DNA of 64,000 bases. It comes from Camelus dromedarius. Taxonomy: Eukaryota. A program made the position numbers and the translations under genes. This document shows positions 62,817 through 64,000 of this stretch, in pieces; the first letter of the stretch is position 1; every line of letters begins with the position of its first letter. The stretch spans positions 42,100,001-42,164,000 of the forward strand of contig NC_087447.1 in the NCBI RefSeq assembly GCF_036321535.1, read 5' to 3'. Under the pieces are notes generated by a model. That model did no database searches. It was not told the DNA's origin and saw nothing but the letters and a program-made list of their open reading frames with translations.

Positions 62817-64000
62817 CTAAGGGGGAAAGAGAGTAGTTTAGAGGCATCCACTAACCAGCATGTGGCACCTTCACCATCCGAACACAAGCTCCTTGCCCTG
62901 GCAAGAGAAAGACAGAGAATAAACTAGCAAATATGGGGTGAGCACTGCTCAGCTGCCAGCTTCCCACCTGTTACCCACGAGTCTCTCATTCCCTCCCCAA
63001 TTTTGGTTCACTTCAAACAAGTCTCTCTTACATGCCTACAATGAGCCGGACTCCATGTAAGATTTGTGACTATCAGACTCCTTGTAGTCTTCTATTAATT
63101 GGCCCACATTAGAAAGAAAAGGGGAGGAGAAAGAGCAAGAGAATGTGATCAACATTAAACTTCTCCCCAGAGTAGAGCAGAGCCAGTCAATCAGAGCTGT
63201 AAGAGGAAGAACTGGTAAGTACTGTGCAGCTGTAGCCGGGGGTTCTAGACAAGGTAGCTGACCTAGGCCACCACCACCTCTCTGGGCTTCAGTTTTCTCA
63301 TTTGTTCAGTATAAAGGGCCGGGTTAATACACAAACATACCAAATGTTAATTAGTAATCTCTAAATGTCCAAATGTCTCTAAAATTCTATGATGCTAGGC
63401 TAAGCTTTCAGGATAACTATATGAGTATAAATATAAAAAGAGAAAGAAACCAAGGGCCCAGTTTAGAAATATGAAAAAAATCGATAGCAAAAATATCTCA
63501 GGAGTCACCAAAATGGTTGAAAATATTTTGTAGAAAATTTGCACTCTGGTCTTGCAATAATAAATGCATACTCTAACATACAGGTAGTTGAGTTGGCAGC
63601 TTGGACTATTTTAGTACTAATCTTGTTTCATATTAAATGAAAATTTAAAAATAAAACTTAAATCCCTTCCATTTCATTTGTGCATTCTAAACAGGTCAAA
63701 TTACATAGCTAAGACTGTACTTCCTCTAACAAAGAATTGTATTAGATGCTAAATCCCAGGTTAAAATAGTCTCTATTTTTCTCAGAGCCACCCACTTAAT
63801 CACTTAAGGAGTTACATTCAACTCAATGAACACTTTCAATTCCTTAAGCAGGTCACTTTTTTCTGCTTATATATATTTCAGTTAGGATTTTTTAAGATTA
63901 AAAAATTAATCTATAAAAAGAATATTTGCATATCTTCTTTCTATATTTGTTTTGTTTCTCAAAGCTTCATTATGTGGAGATCCTTTTCTACATGCTCTAC

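Noticed and set aside
1..64000. CRISPR arrays, operons, rRNA/tRNA genes or other prokaryotic systems
   Set aside because: The sequence is an intron-containing mammalian locus; no regularly spaced repeats or structured RNA genes were seen.

Overview
Mammalian (non-primate, probably cetartiodactyl) genomic DNA; no prokaryotic systems, CRISPR arrays or RNA genes are evident. The main feature is SWAP70 on the minus strand. Coding exons 2-12 lie at 62816 down to 21929, all with GT-AG boundaries and a continuous frame (1659 nt including the stop). Exon 1 is beyond the right edge, and the 3'UTR runs leftward from 21928. Downstream of the gene (left part of the window) are a decayed ERVL provirus (1-3130), a CpG island (~10.0-10.4 kb) and a ~6 kb nested retroelement stack (12.05-18.1 kb). 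In that stack a 3'-truncated L1 is interrupted in its 5'UTR by an LTR, which is itself interrupted by a second solo LTR and by a 2.67 kb two-LTR class I (ERV1) provirus. The provirus has lost most coding sequence but keeps its cis signals: tRNA-His PBS, splice donor, four GACG-type packaging hairpins, PPT and a 4-bp TSD. This fits a non-autonomous element and is the most interesting object here. Introns hold ordinary L1, L2, MIR, LTR and DNA-transposon remnants plus several tiny TSD-flanked poly(A) insertions. Repeat family names come from recalled consensus sequences, not a database search, and most repeat boundaries are approximate.
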